Shown: piece by piece, positions 36,287 through 46,502 of the stretch
Numbering within the stretch: position 1 is the first letter of the stretch
Layout of the letters: each line of letters starts with the position of its first letter
Source of the DNA: Bacteroidota bacterium
GTDB lineage: Bacteria > Bacteroidota > Bacteroidia > AKYH767-A > OLB10
NCBI GenBank assembly: GCA_029547265.1
Contig: JAKPPP010000178.1
Location: 8,168 to 72,167 of the forward strand
Length of the DNA stretch: 64,000 bases
Reading direction: 5' to 3'
Translations under genes and position numbers: made by a program
Notes under the pieces: generated by a model
Database searches by the model: none
Seen by the model: the letters and a program-made list of their open reading frames with translations, nothing else
What the model was told of the DNA's origin: nothing

Positions 36287-38041
36287 TTAACGAATCATTG
36301 CAAATCGGTGTGTATTTCTATTGTGAGAGGATGATACTTCTGCGAAATACATACCGACCGGAAGGAAAGAAGTACTTAGAGAATATTCTCCATTTTTTTC
36401 ATTAATAACATTATCCAAGATTAGTTTCCCTTCTGCAGTATACAGTTTAATTGAGGATTTTTCTTGAGGTAAATTTTTCACCACCAAGATCTGGTTTTCT
36501 GAATCATAATAAATACTAGAAGCGTTCAACATCACCTCTCCCACTCCAACATTGGTGAGTACAAATGGATCACTCATATAGGTACAACCATATGCTCCTG
36601 TTAGTTCAACTGTATACGAGCCATTTTGCGTAAAGCCGTAAACGTTAGAAGTTGCTCCGGGAATTAAAACACCATTAAAGTACCATTGATAGGTTCCGAT
36701 ACCTGTTGTGGTAAATGAAGTACTATTAAGTAAACTGATATGAGGAACATTAGAGGCATTTGTTAAACGTGTTGCATCAAATCCAAAACCTTGTCCAAAG
36801 TAAAGTGTTTCACCTCCCGGAAGAGTAGTATAATTTACCATTTTCTGATTTCCACTAACGTTAGCACGAAAATCGATTAATTGCAGCCCATTTGAGGCAA
36901 AGGTTGAGTCTATTGAGCCATTAGCATTTAATTGAATAATTAGTCCGTTGCCGGCTAAACTACTTGCTCCGGCTAAAAGCTGAAGCTTTCCTCCCACTGA
37001 TTTTAACCCATTAAAATTGATCAACATTGGATCGTTTATCAGTGTACTTCCATTGGTACCGAAGGTAGAATCTACCTGTCCGTTTGCATCCAATTTTATT
37101 AACGCTACGATATTTGAAGAACTAATTAAACTTGCTCCTAGAATAATACTATTGTTATTTAGTTGCACAGAAAATACGCTGGTGCTAATATCATAAAAGG
37201 CATCCGTATAAACACCAGCGTTTCCATAAGTGCTCATTAATGCTCCTGTGGAGTCAAAGCATATTGTAATGAATCTTGCATTGAAGGAAGGATCATAACG
37301 AACTCCGGTGACAACCAATGACAAATCATTGCTATTCAAGTACGATTGAGAGAAAGTTCCATTTGCTGAATTAATATCATAACGAGCTATTCCATCACCA
37401 TCGAATGTACCATCGAGCGTACCATTTTGAAAAAATCGCATTGCGCCAATTCCCGGAGTGCCTCCATTGATATTAGTTGCACTGTATCCGCCGCATATGA
37501 TTCTTCCATCAGGTAGTTGATGAACGCTATTTAATTTTCCACTTGCTGCCGGGTCGAAGCGTTGCATTACCGAGCCCATAGTTCCAAATGTAGTGTCCGG
37601 TGACCCGTCGGCATTAAATCTCGCCACAAATGGGAGTTGGCCTGAGCCTGCATTTGAAGATGCTTGTGTTCCGCACGTTAGTATTTTCCCATCAGATTGC
37701 AAAGCAAAGTCATACGCCAAATTGCGGAAGTCGAAGGCATGTCTTACCTCACCATTTATTCCAAAAGAAGGATCATGATTACCACAAAAATCAGTTACAA
37801 GCATATCTATTAAGTAATCATGCCCGGTAGCACCTGTCGGATCTATATCATATCCACACATTAGAATTCTTTGCCCGCTCAACCTAAGCAATTTCGTTGG
37901 CGTCAAATTACCAAACGTTAACGTATAATGTAATACAGACTGATCAGCATACAATGAATCGGGAATTAGATTCTGTGCTTGTGTTTTTAAACTAATTAGT
38001 GAACAAATAAGAAGTAAGGAAATGGTAAATTTTCTTTTCAT
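36287..38041 (-). CDS. T9SS cargo protein with delta-60-type repeats
   Basis: Signal peptide MKRKFTISLLLICSLISLKTQAQ. Recurrent D-x-[ST]-F-G-x-x-G motifs (DPSFGINGEV, DTTFGTMGSV, DSTFGTNGST, DSTFASNGLQ). C-terminal sorting-domain-like end. Confidence 0.7.
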   Translation of the reverse strand: MKRKFTISLLLICSLISLKTQAQNLIPDSLYADQSVLHYTLTFGNLTPTKLLRLSGQRILMCGYDIDPTGATGHDYLIDMLVTDFCGNHDPSFGINGEVRHAFDFRNLAYDFALQSDGKILTCGTQASSNAGSGQLPFVARFNADGSPDTTFGTMGSVMQRFDPAASGKLNSVHQLPDGRIICGGYSATNINGGTPGIGAMRFFQNGTLDGTFDGDGIARYDINSANGTFSQSYLNSNDLSLVVTGVRYDPSFNARFITICFDSTGALMSTYGNAGVYTDAFYDISTSVFSVQLNNNSIILGASLISSSNIVALIKLDANGQVDSTFGTNGSTLINDPMLINFNGLKSVGGKLQLLAGASSLAGNGLIIQLNANGSIDSTFASNGLQLIDFRANVSGNQKMVNYTTLPGGETLYFGQGFGFDATRLTNASNVPHISLLNSTSFTTTGIGTYQWYFNGVLIPGATSNVYGFTQNGSYTVELTGAYGCTYMSDPFVLTNVGVGEVMLNASSIYYDSENQILVVKNLPQEKSSIKLYTAEGKLILDNVINEKNGEYSLSTSFLPVGMYFAEVSSSHNRNTHRFAMIR

Positions 38042-38124
38042 GAGAGAAGTGTTAGGTTGCTTTATTAAAAAACAAAATTGCCTTAATCCACTTTCCATAT
38101 CAAGCCCTAATATTATGGATGTAA

Positions 38125-38754
38125 TTAGAACAGCTGATCTCTTACCGACTTTGCAATTGCTTCGCCGGCTGAATGAACTTGCAACTTTTCGTACACTTTC
38201 TTTAAATGTGAATTAACTGTATTGAAAGTGATTTCAAGTTGATCTGCTATCATTTTATACGAATTGCCTTGAGTAAGTAATCTTAACACATCGGTTTCGC
38301 GATCAGTTAAGCCATAATCCGGTTTAACAGTCTTTTCATTTCTAAAAAATGTTAGAACTCTTTGAGCAATAGCAGGAGTCATAGGCGCACCACCGTGAAG
38401 TACTTCGCGAATGGCACTTAAAATAACTTTAGACGATGCATTTTTCAAAAGGTAACCGGCAGCTCCGGCTTTCAATGCTTGAAATATTTTGTCATCATCG
38501 TCGAATACAGTTTGAATGATAACTGGAAGAGAAGGGAAAGTTGCATGAATAAGTCGTGTTGCTTCAATCCCATTAGTTCCCGGCATGTCAATATCCATTA
38601 GTACCACGTCTGGCTTAAGAATAGCAACTTTTTCAATCACATTGTTGGCCTGAGACAATGCCCCAGAGACCGCGAAGTCAGAAACAGATTCTATCAATAA
38701 AGCGAGGCTGTCTCTCCGATCTTCATTATCATCAAAAATTAATACTCTTATCAT
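38125..38754 (-). CDS. NarL/LuxR-family response regulator
   Basis: REC domain (VLIFDDNEDRRD...VLMDIDMPGTNG) plus a LuxR HTH (LTDRETDVLRLLTQGNSYKMIADQLEITFNTVNSHLKKVYEKL). Confidence 0.9.
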   Translation of the reverse strand: MIRVLIFDDNEDRRDSLALLIESVSDFAVSGALSQANNVIEKVAILKPDVVLMDIDMPGTNGIEATRLIHATFPSLPVIIQTVFDDDDKIFQALKAGAAGYLLKNASSKVILSAIREVLHGGAPMTPAIAQRVLTFFRNEKTVKPDYGLTDRETDVLRLLTQGNSYKMIADQLEITFNTVNSHLKKVYEKLQVHSAGEAIAKSVRDQLF

Positions 38755-38802
38755 AGTCCAAACAAAAATAGTAAATGAATTATCAATTATATATCCCTAA
38801 TT

Positions 38803-40724
38803 TTAGCGAGCAATGGGTCCTAATATTTGATCTTCCCAGTTCAACTGAATTGAAACTCCACCGGAGTGAGAACCTGATATATCCAATGTTCCGCCAATGG
38901 CATACATTCGATTTCGCCTGTTTTTAAGTCCAATTCCTGCTGAAATTTTAGAATTATCAAATCCCATTCCATTATCACTAATTGAAAGTTGGAAGCGATT
39001 TTTTTCAATACTCATTCGACAATCGATTCTCGTACATTTACTATGTTTCATCGCATTTGAAATAGCCTCTCTAAACACGAGTAAAAGGTTCCTCTTTACT
39101 TCAGGTAAAAACTCAAGTAGTTCATGAGTTACTTCTTCTTCAAAATAAAATTCAATAGAAGACTCCTGCAACAAACTATGGGCGGTTTCTCTTAACTTCA
39201 ACGACCAATTTAATTGGTTGTTGTCGGAAGTATGCGTTGCCCACACAATATCACGCATTGCATCAATTACACGCTTTGAGCTATTCCGAATTCTCATTAA
39301 TATGGAATGTGTTTTCTCCGGCTCCGTATCAACATAATTATCGGCAACTTCACTATAAATTATTATACTACTTAAGGTGGATCCAACCTCATCATGCAAG
39401 TCGGCTGCCAGTCGATTCCTAATATTTAGGAATTGTTCTTGAGATTTCCTCTTCTCCTCCAATTGAAGGATTAATTCATCTTGCATTCGAAGTTTCGCCT
39501 CTTGTTCCGCTTTAGATTTATATCCTAATCCCGTATTAAAGTAAAAGATTTCGAATAAATTCCTATCATAGTAAAATAAAGCGGAGGAAAAGAAAGCCAC
39601 CAATTCATCGACATAAGAATAGTTGAAGTCATTGCGAAGAGATGACCGGTAGCTGCGAAGGCTGATCCCAACAGAATAAAGCGAATCAGTTTATCGCGTT
39701 TTTGATAGAAAAAATGGATTAACCATAACGTACAGACATAGATAATCAATAAAAAAACAAGAGATAATTGGCCAATCAGTTTCTGATATCCAAGATAATT
39801 CAGAACAAAAACCGGGATTAGAAACAGAATGATAAGTCGTTCAATATTTATAACAACCTTATTAACTTTAGGATAAAGTTCAGTCATGTTGATATAATTA
39901 CGAGTAAATTCCAAATAGAAATAATATGGCAAGAAAAGCATAATACTACTGAGGTATTGGTTCATTCCGGGGTGAATATCAGACAAAACAGGAAGGCTAT
40001 AAACCAATTCAAATCTCAATCCGAAATATAATTCTATACAGATGAGGTAAGATAAATAATTAAGGTATTAAACGCGGCGATGGTATAACCATTGAATCAA
40101 AATATACAACAACTGAAAAATAATAAATGCATTAAATGTAAACAACGCAAAAACAAAAACTGTTTCATTGTTCAATAATTCTAAGCGATCATCCTTCAAT
40201 TCTTGAGGCAAGAGAATATCAATATTGTTGATGCCACTTTTATAGTAAATTGGACCTGTAGAAAGAAAAAAATCAAATTGTCCCGGAGGCAATTCAAACA
40301 TCAAGGCTTTGTAAAATGGTTGACCTAGAGTATCAACACTAAGTTTAGATTCCGTTGTAAATTTTTCAATTGTCCCATTTCCTCTTCTATACAAGCAGAA
40401 GTTTCCTGCCCCTCTATTTAACCTTAAGGCTAAATAATAATTACTCTTACCGGTATTTTCAAGCGACCATTTAATCCAACACTCCGAAATTTTTGTAGGC
40501 CAAGGGAACTTACTACCTGACATGCTATCCGGGAAAGCAATAAATAAGTTTTCGGGCGGCACGTTTTTAAATTCACCAAACACATAACTCGGTTTTTGAA
40601 TTATGTGAATTCCACTTATCTCATCTAACCTTAAATAATTTCTGTTCCCCCACACTTCAGCATGTAGGCAGTTAGTTTTTAGAAACAAGAGAAACAAATA
40701 GAAATATAGGATACAGTATCTCAT
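38803..40724 (-). pseudogene. 7TM-receptor-type sensor histidine kinase (HisKA_3/HATPase), split by one in-frame TAA and one frameshift
   Basis: ORFs 40068-40724 and 39525-40019 share a frame and are separated only by the TAA at 40068-40070; read-through gives ...HRRV*YLNYLSYLICIELYFGLRFELVYS. ORFs 39525-40019 and 38803-39603 overlap by 79 nt in different frames. The last ORF has the H-box LAADLHDEVGSTLS and an ATPase domain. Confidence 0.6.
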
Positions 40725-40849
40725 TTAGTCGTGTGACTTGCGTAATTTTAAAATTGCAGTATCCACTATTTATACAGGTTTATCAAAACACAACTTGAGC
40801 AGACAATATAATATACTCTTTTGGGAGCTCCTTCTTCTTTGGATAATCG

Positions 40850-41626
40850 TTACTTATTCTTCACACATCTGACCGAAAATCCTACATTCTTGGATGTTTT
40901 AAATCTATCGATATTGCTGTTGAAATAGCTAAGCAATCGTCCGTATGCTTCATTAGTTGATGAAGGTGTTGCCGTCCACCAATAGCCATAAGCACCAACA
41001 TCATTACATTTTCCATCAGGACTTTTATTGCCTCCGGAAAAGCCTAAGAAATTAGCTGTTCCAGTTGCACCTGTATTCGGGCTTGCCCAATGAGTAATTC
41101 CAACTTCTTTCATTGCACCTCCTGCAATTTCACTTTGTATTCTCTTAAGTTCAGTTGTGTCTGCATATGAATCAAGGTAGGCTACCAGTTTATTCCAATC
41201 AGTATCCTTTGCTACATGCCAACCAACAGGGCATAATCCGGCAGGATTAGCCACTGCATACCAATTGTATAATTGTCCGAATGCTTGCTCTTTAATTGAA
41301 TCATTATTGTAAACTGCACAAGCACCGGTTTTATTCGCTTTCCATTGCGCATTGCTCAATTTCTTGGCAATCGGTTTCCCGTTACGATAAGTTCTAGTGC
41401 GCAAGTTTTCTTGCATCCAAACTTGTTTCCCAATGACAACCGTTTTATAAACATTACCTTCAATATCTTTTATTGTTCCTGGAATTGAATCTTCCGAACC
41501 AACATCCATATGTGAATTATTATTCGCGATTTGACTTATTTTTCGGGGCTTTAATTCTGCATAATTTACAAATGCAACTGCAATTAATGCCAATACTAAC
41601 ACTTTGGATTTAAATGACACTTTCAT
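40850..41626 (-). CDS. FISUMP (Fibrobacter succinogenes major paralogous) domain protein
   Basis: DIEGNVYKTVVIGKQVWMQENLR...YNWYAV...CPVGWHVAKDTDWNKL...GFSVRCVK. Start set at MKVSFKS, which begins the signal peptide. Confidence 0.8.
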   Translation of the reverse strand: MKVSFKSKVLVLALIAVAFVNYAELKPRKISQIANNNSHMDVGSEDSIPGTIKDIEGNVYKTVVIGKQVWMQENLRTRTYRNGKPIAKKLSNAQWKANKTGACAVYNNDSIKEQAFGQLYNWYAVANPAGLCPVGWHVAKDTDWNKLVAYLDSYADTTELKRIQSEIAGGAMKEVGITHWASPNTGATGTANFLGFSGGNKSPDGKCNDVGAYGYWWTATPSSTNEAYGRLLSYFNSNIDRFKTSKNVGFSVRCVKNK

Positions 41627-41732
41627 AATACTAGGTTGTATAATGATAACAGTAAGAAGTTTTAATGAAGAAATGAATTTATAAATAAACGAGTTAAGTT
41701 CTTCATTCATATATTTAATTTTTTTCATAATC

Positions 41733-43730
41733 CTAATTCCCTTTAAGGACTACAAATTTATTTGAATAAGTATCGCTGCCTATTGTAAGAGTTAATGTAT
41801 ATAAGCCATCATTAAAGGAAGAAGTGTTAATCATAATAGTAGACCCAGACCATTTCTCTTCTATTTTAATTATTCTTCCAAAATTATCAGTAATAACAAT
41901 ATGATAAATTCCATTTTTCGGATTTCTCGTCTCAATTGTAATCTTATCATTCGCCGGATTAGGATAAATGCTAAACGTTTTATCTTTATTGTAGGAATTA
42001 ACCCCAAGTATTCCCGGCTGTAAAATGATTCCTTTTTGAGCATCAACGCTATCGCCTAAATTACTGATAAGAGTAAGTTTCAATTCATAGTTGCCTTGAG
42101 TAAGTCCTATAGTATTCCAATTCGCTAATGAAGCGTGACGAATTTCTATAGTACTATCAATGACAATAGCATGCCATGTAGTATCGCCTACCGCACGATA
42201 ATACAAACTGTACGCGTAAAAGTCCATCCATGAGCCCAATGGTCCTTGATCGATGAAAGCGGTTCCGGTAATTGGCACAATATTATTTGTATAAGAAGAG
42301 GCGGGGCCATTGATATTAGCATACCAAGCAACAGCATGTTCTTGTGCGATTGGATCTTGTGGCAGAGAACTTTGGGCAACGATCATTACACTGCTTCCAA
42401 TAGCAGTTGGCGGATTACTATTACAAGTTCCGTATCCGAAAACAAAAATACCATTGCGTTCACTTCTAACAATTGTCATTGCGCTACTAAGAGAACTTAC
42501 AATAAAGCTGGTATCGGTTGCCCAAAAATATCCTCCTGAACCATCCATTAAAAAATTCTCGGCTAGGCACATCGACTTATATTGCGTACCTACTTCGCCT
42601 AAAATGCATCCGGTGATATGCAAGTAAGATGTATCGAAAACATATAAACTCCATGTTTGAACATTACAGTTATTAAAATGTAAATTACGATCGGGTAATG
42701 GTGCAGTGAAATTCGAATATACCGAATTATTTACTAGTCCGGAAGCGTTTACTGAATCGCCATTTTGAAACCAGCAACCAATAGCTCGAATAACAGAATT
42801 ATTGATGGTAACATCAGAACCATTTACGGGCATTAGTCCCCACCAAACATTAGTACAAGTATCTAATTGCACATCATACCCTACTCCACTGATTCCGGGT
42901 TGAAATTGGTTAACTGTATAACTGTTTACTAAAGATCCGACAGGATACGTTGTATTAATGACAGCAGAATCAGCATACTGTTGCCAAAGTAATAATGTAT
43001 CTGAATTACTGACGTTGAAATGACTTGTGCCTGCAATGATATATTCTCCCATCAAATTGCAATCGTTGATATTAACTATGGGATTGCCCCATAACCCTGC
43101 AGTTGTCCAATCGTTCTGATAAATATGGTTTAAATTCACTTGAGCCTCTCCTTGAAAAATAAAATTATGCGACATTCCACTGAACTCGAAAGCACAATTA
43201 TTTAATGCTAGCGATGCACTATCAACAATCATCACAGAACGTTGGTAGAACCAAGCTTGAGGGATATGAAATTGTGTAGAGTCTCCAATTAAGGTTCCAT
43301 TTCCCCAAACATAAATATCTCCCAATACGGTGGCATTTGCATGATCAAAAATTAGCACTCCATCATTAAAGACATAAATCGGACCATTGCATGTCCAGTT
43401 GCCTGTTACAACTAAAGTATCGTGAGGGACAGCCCCAACAAAAGCAGTATCAATTTGAGCAGGGCTTACAATAGAAGAGCGACGATTGAAAGTCCGTTGC
43501 AAGTCGGGCTTGACTATTGACCTATTAACAGCGCTCATAACAGCTCCGGGAAGCTTAGTAACGGCTTTATTGGGTACAGGAATTGAATTTAATGATGAAG
43601 ATGAATTCTTAAGGATATTTAAGCTTTGGCTGATACGGTCGGCGGGTAATCGCAAAGCGGGTGATTGCTGTGCATAAGCAAATTTTACAAAAAGAATTGA
43701 TGCCAAGAATATGCGAACGAAGCGAAGCAT
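41733..43730 (-). CDS. secreted T9SS cargo protein (unknown passenger, beta-helix-like composition)
   Basis: Signal peptide. C-terminal sorting domain FSIYPNPANDKITIE...GLYTLTLTIGSDTYSNKFVV. Confidence 0.7.
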   Translation of the reverse strand: MLRFVRIFLASILFVKFAYAQQSPALRLPADRISQSLNILKNSSSSLNSIPVPNKAVTKLPGAVMSAVNRSIVKPDLQRTFNRRSSIVSPAQIDTAFVGAVPHDTLVVTGNWTCNGPIYVFNDGVLIFDHANATVLGDIYVWGNGTLIGDSTQFHIPQAWFYQRSVMIVDSASLALNNCAFEFSGMSHNFIFQGEAQVNLNHIYQNDWTTAGLWGNPIVNINDCNLMGEYIIAGTSHFNVSNSDTLLLWQQYADSAVINTTYPVGSLVNSYTVNQFQPGISGVGYDVQLDTCTNVWWGLMPVNGSDVTINNSVIRAIGCWFQNGDSVNASGLVNNSVYSNFTAPLPDRNLHFNNCNVQTWSLYVFDTSYLHITGCILGEVGTQYKSMCLAENFLMDGSGGYFWATDTSFIVSSLSSAMTIVRSERNGIFVFGYGTCNSNPPTAIGSSVMIVAQSSLPQDPIAQEHAVAWYANINGPASSYTNNIVPITGTAFIDQGPLGSWMDFYAYSLYYRAVGDTTWHAIVIDSTIEIRHASLANWNTIGLTQGNYELKLTLISNLGDSVDAQKGIILQPGILGVNSYNKDKTFSIYPNPANDKITIETRNPKNGIYHIVITDNFGRIIKIEEKWSGSTIMINTSSFNDGLYTLTLTIGSDTYSNKFVVLKGN

Positions 43731-43862
43731 AGGGAATAGATTTTGATGCTAATATAAGTAAATTAAAATAAATCATTAAAAATCAGTCGCTTTAAAACTA
43801 CGAGAATGTCACATCAAAATAAGACAAATAAATTTCATACATTATGTTAAACTTATTACTTC

Positions 43863-44753
43863 CTATTTTACAATTCTTGACGGAGCAACCAAGTATTCAT
43901 TCTTAAAAGCTTTTGAAAAGGAGTGTATATCGGGAAAACCACAAAGAAGAGCTGCATCAGAAACTGAACATCGATGTTTTTGCAGTAAACTCTTTGCGTA
44001 GTTCAATCGTTTTTGAATAACAAATTGCATTGGACTTACTCCATAGACAGTTTTAAACAATCGATAGAAATAATATTCAGACAATCCGCAATTTGTTGCA
44101 ACATCTGGAACATGGATTTCATTGGTAAAATTATGATCTAGAAAATCATGTCCGGCGCGTAATTTTCTAAATATCTCTTTGCGTGTTTGAGTCTTTACAG
44201 TATTTATACTTCTAAGTTGTTTAACGATTGGAGTATAATCCTTCACTAACTGTTCAGCGATATGGAAATAAAAAGAATTGTCGAACAGGTGATTATCATA
44301 CGGATTTTTAGAGAGCAGATGATCTAACTTTGTTAAAACAGTACCGAGATTAGTATTGTCCGACTTAAACTTACTTTCAAAAAACTCATCCGAATCGAAG
44401 AATGACTTTGTAGATAAATCAGGATTTGTTGTATTAGGATACAAGATTGAACACATCACATCGTTTAAAAGATCGGGTGACAAGTCTATGCATAATCCCG
44501 TCACAGGGACTCTACTATCAATCTCAACTGATCCATTAGAAAAATTATTGGCGAGAATATATTCGCCGGAATCAACTTTAAACTTCGTTGAATTTATAGT
44601 GTAACATTCATGTCCCCCGCTAACGTACTTTATAGAAAAACTTCTAAAAGGAATCTTGCAATAGTATTCACTCAGCAAAGAATAATTTATTAGATTACTC
44701 CTTGGGGGAAGTTTAATTACAGACTTAGTTGTATTTGTAAATACGGAATACAT
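43863..44753 (-). CDS. AraC-family transcriptional regulator
   Basis: C-terminal double HTH: VATNCGLSEYYFYRLFKTVYGVSPMQF...VSDAALLCGFPDIHSFSKAFKNEY. Confidence 0.85.
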   Translation of the reverse strand: MYSVFTNTTKSVIKLPPRSNLINYSLLSEYYCKIPFRSFSIKYVSGGHECYTINSTKFKVDSGEYILANNFSNGSVEIDSRVPVTGLCIDLSPDLLNDVMCSILYPNTTNPDLSTKSFFDSDEFFESKFKSDNTNLGTVLTKLDHLLSKNPYDNHLFDNSFYFHIAEQLVKDYTPIVKQLRSINTVKTQTRKEIFRKLRAGHDFLDHNFTNEIHVPDVATNCGLSEYYFYRLFKTVYGVSPMQFVIQKRLNYAKSLLQKHRCSVSDAALLCGFPDIHSFSKAFKNEYLVAPSRIVK

Positions 44754-44873
44754 TGGTTGATTACACTGTGCTATTAATCAACAACCAATATAAGGACCTT
44801 CAACTAATTTCTTAAAACAAATACGACCGAAGGTAAAAATACAACGACGAAACCGCTAATATGGCCTATAAAA

Positions 44874-46286
44874 TTACTTAATCATTCGAGAAACTGCTAC
44901 AACATTTCCATGGTCTTCAAGTTGAACCAAGTAGTAACCGTTTTGCAATTGACCTAAATTACTGATTGAGCAAACATATCCATTTTTAGAAGAATGAAAT
45001 TCAGCTGTGCTATTGATTTCTTGTCCCAAAGTATTTCGAAGTACTACTCGAAGATCATTTACATTAATAGAGGTCTTAAAATCAATGCTAATTTGATCAT
45101 TAAACGGATTAGGATAAGCATTTAATTTCTGAATGGAAGTTACTCCTTCATTTATTGAAGCAATATTTAACCAATTGTTATAAGTCTTCAACAAAGCAGA
45201 AACAACAGGCAAGAGTGTCCAACTAGTAAACCCGTTATGATTCATCAAAACAGAAATACTTATATCTCTATCTGGGATATACCATGAACTGGCTGCGTAA
45301 GCTAAATCACCTCCGTGTCCATAGGCTACTAATCCTTGGAAAGTATTTCTCATCAGCCCTAGTCCATACTTTCCGCCTTGAGAACCGGAAGCATTCACAA
45401 CAGTTTTCGCTTCATTCATCATTGCTTGAGAAACAACATCTCCACGCATATAGGTTCTCATCCAGCGCGAAAGATCAGAGGCAGTAGCATAATACCCTCC
45501 TGCAGCTCCTGCGGCTGAGTTTAATGCAAGATAATTGTAATAGAAGTTATGTGCGTCATCTAGCACACCATCACCGTTTAAATCGAGCCATAGATGTGCT
45601 ACGGGTTGAGAATAGGGTTCGAATGCAGGTATTCCGAAAGTGGAATAACCGAAATTTGAATAGAACCGATTTCTGATTTCAACCCAAAACGGATTGCCGG
45701 TTGCTGATTCAATGATCATACCTAAAAGAAAATAATTCGTATTACAATAGCTCCATGCTCCACCGGGTACTGCAGGAGGAGGTAAAATAAAATTGTTAAC
45801 TAAATCACTTGCCGACCAAACCAAAGACTGATTCGCCATTAACGCAGGTTGGCAATTGGGGTTATTCAATACATCATACAACCCGCTTTGATGGCGAAGT
45901 AATTGTCGGATAGTAATATCAGGATTGATATATTGAATTGTATCTAACCATTGATGAATACTATCATCGAGTGCTAATACACCATCATCAACAAGCTGAA
46001 GAATACAAGCCGATGTGATCGTTTTTGTTACGCTTCCGATAAGATAAGCATCATTGGTTGTTGCATTAACGAAAGCGCCTGAAATACCGGATGCTCCTGC
46101 CCAAACTGCAGTATCAGGAAATTGAACCGCTGCATTCAGTGACTTAGCATTCAAAACTGTTCGCATGCTATCTAATGTGGTAGAAAGCATGGCATCTAAA
46201 ACAGGGTATCCGCTAGATTGAGCAGATATATTCCTGTTCATTAATATCACGCAAAGAATTAAAAATAATCGGATATGCTTCATCAT
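44874..46286 (-). CDS. beta-lactamase-fold serine hydrolase with a T9SS sorting domain
   Basis: S-x-x-K motif in LIGSVTKTITS. Signal peptide from MMKHIRLFLILCV. C-terminal LNAYPNPFNDQISIDF...YYLVQLEDHGNVVAVSRMIK. Confidence 0.8.
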   Translation of the reverse strand: MMKHIRLFLILCVILMNRNISAQSSGYPVLDAMLSTTLDSMRTVLNAKSLNAAVQFPDTAVWAGASGISGAFVNATTNDAYLIGSVTKTITSACILQLVDDGVLALDDSIHQWLDTIQYINPDITIRQLLRHQSGLYDVLNNPNCQPALMANQSLVWSASDLVNNFILPPPAVPGGAWSYCNTNYFLLGMIIESATGNPFWVEIRNRFYSNFGYSTFGIPAFEPYSQPVAHLWLDLNGDGVLDDAHNFYYNYLALNSAAGAAGGYYATASDLSRWMRTYMRGDVVSQAMMNEAKTVVNASGSQGGKYGLGLMRNTFQGLVAYGHGGDLAYAASSWYIPDRDISISVLMNHNGFTSWTLLPVVSALLKTYNNWLNIASINEGVTSIQKLNAYPNPFNDQISIDFKTSINVNDLRVVLRNTLGQEINSTAEFHSSKNGYVCSISNLGQLQNGYYLVQLEDHGNVVAVSRMIK

Positions 46287-46502
46287 AGTATTTGAATATA
46301 TTCCAAAGCTAAGAAAAGTAAAGTGCAGAACATTTGTCAAATCCTGCAAAAAGTGTGCAAATCGGGATATTTGCTTGATAATCTGCCAATTCTGCGCATA
46401 ACTGCATATCAAATATTGATATTTCTTCCGTGCTGATTAAAGTGGTATATCAATTTATTTAATCCCCTTCCATACATTTGTTAGACACCCAAAACACTAC
46501 CT

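Noticed and set aside
42188-42627. Overlapping ORFs inside the 665-aa T9SS gene. The same applies to 37593-37830, 45284-45487, 46954-47136, 47783-48106, 51966-52148, 52535-52756, 53437-53811, 53924-54136, 57173-57364 and 58554-58922.
   Set aside because: All are nested within, or antisense to, long secreted-protein genes. They have repeat-driven open frames and no independent signals.
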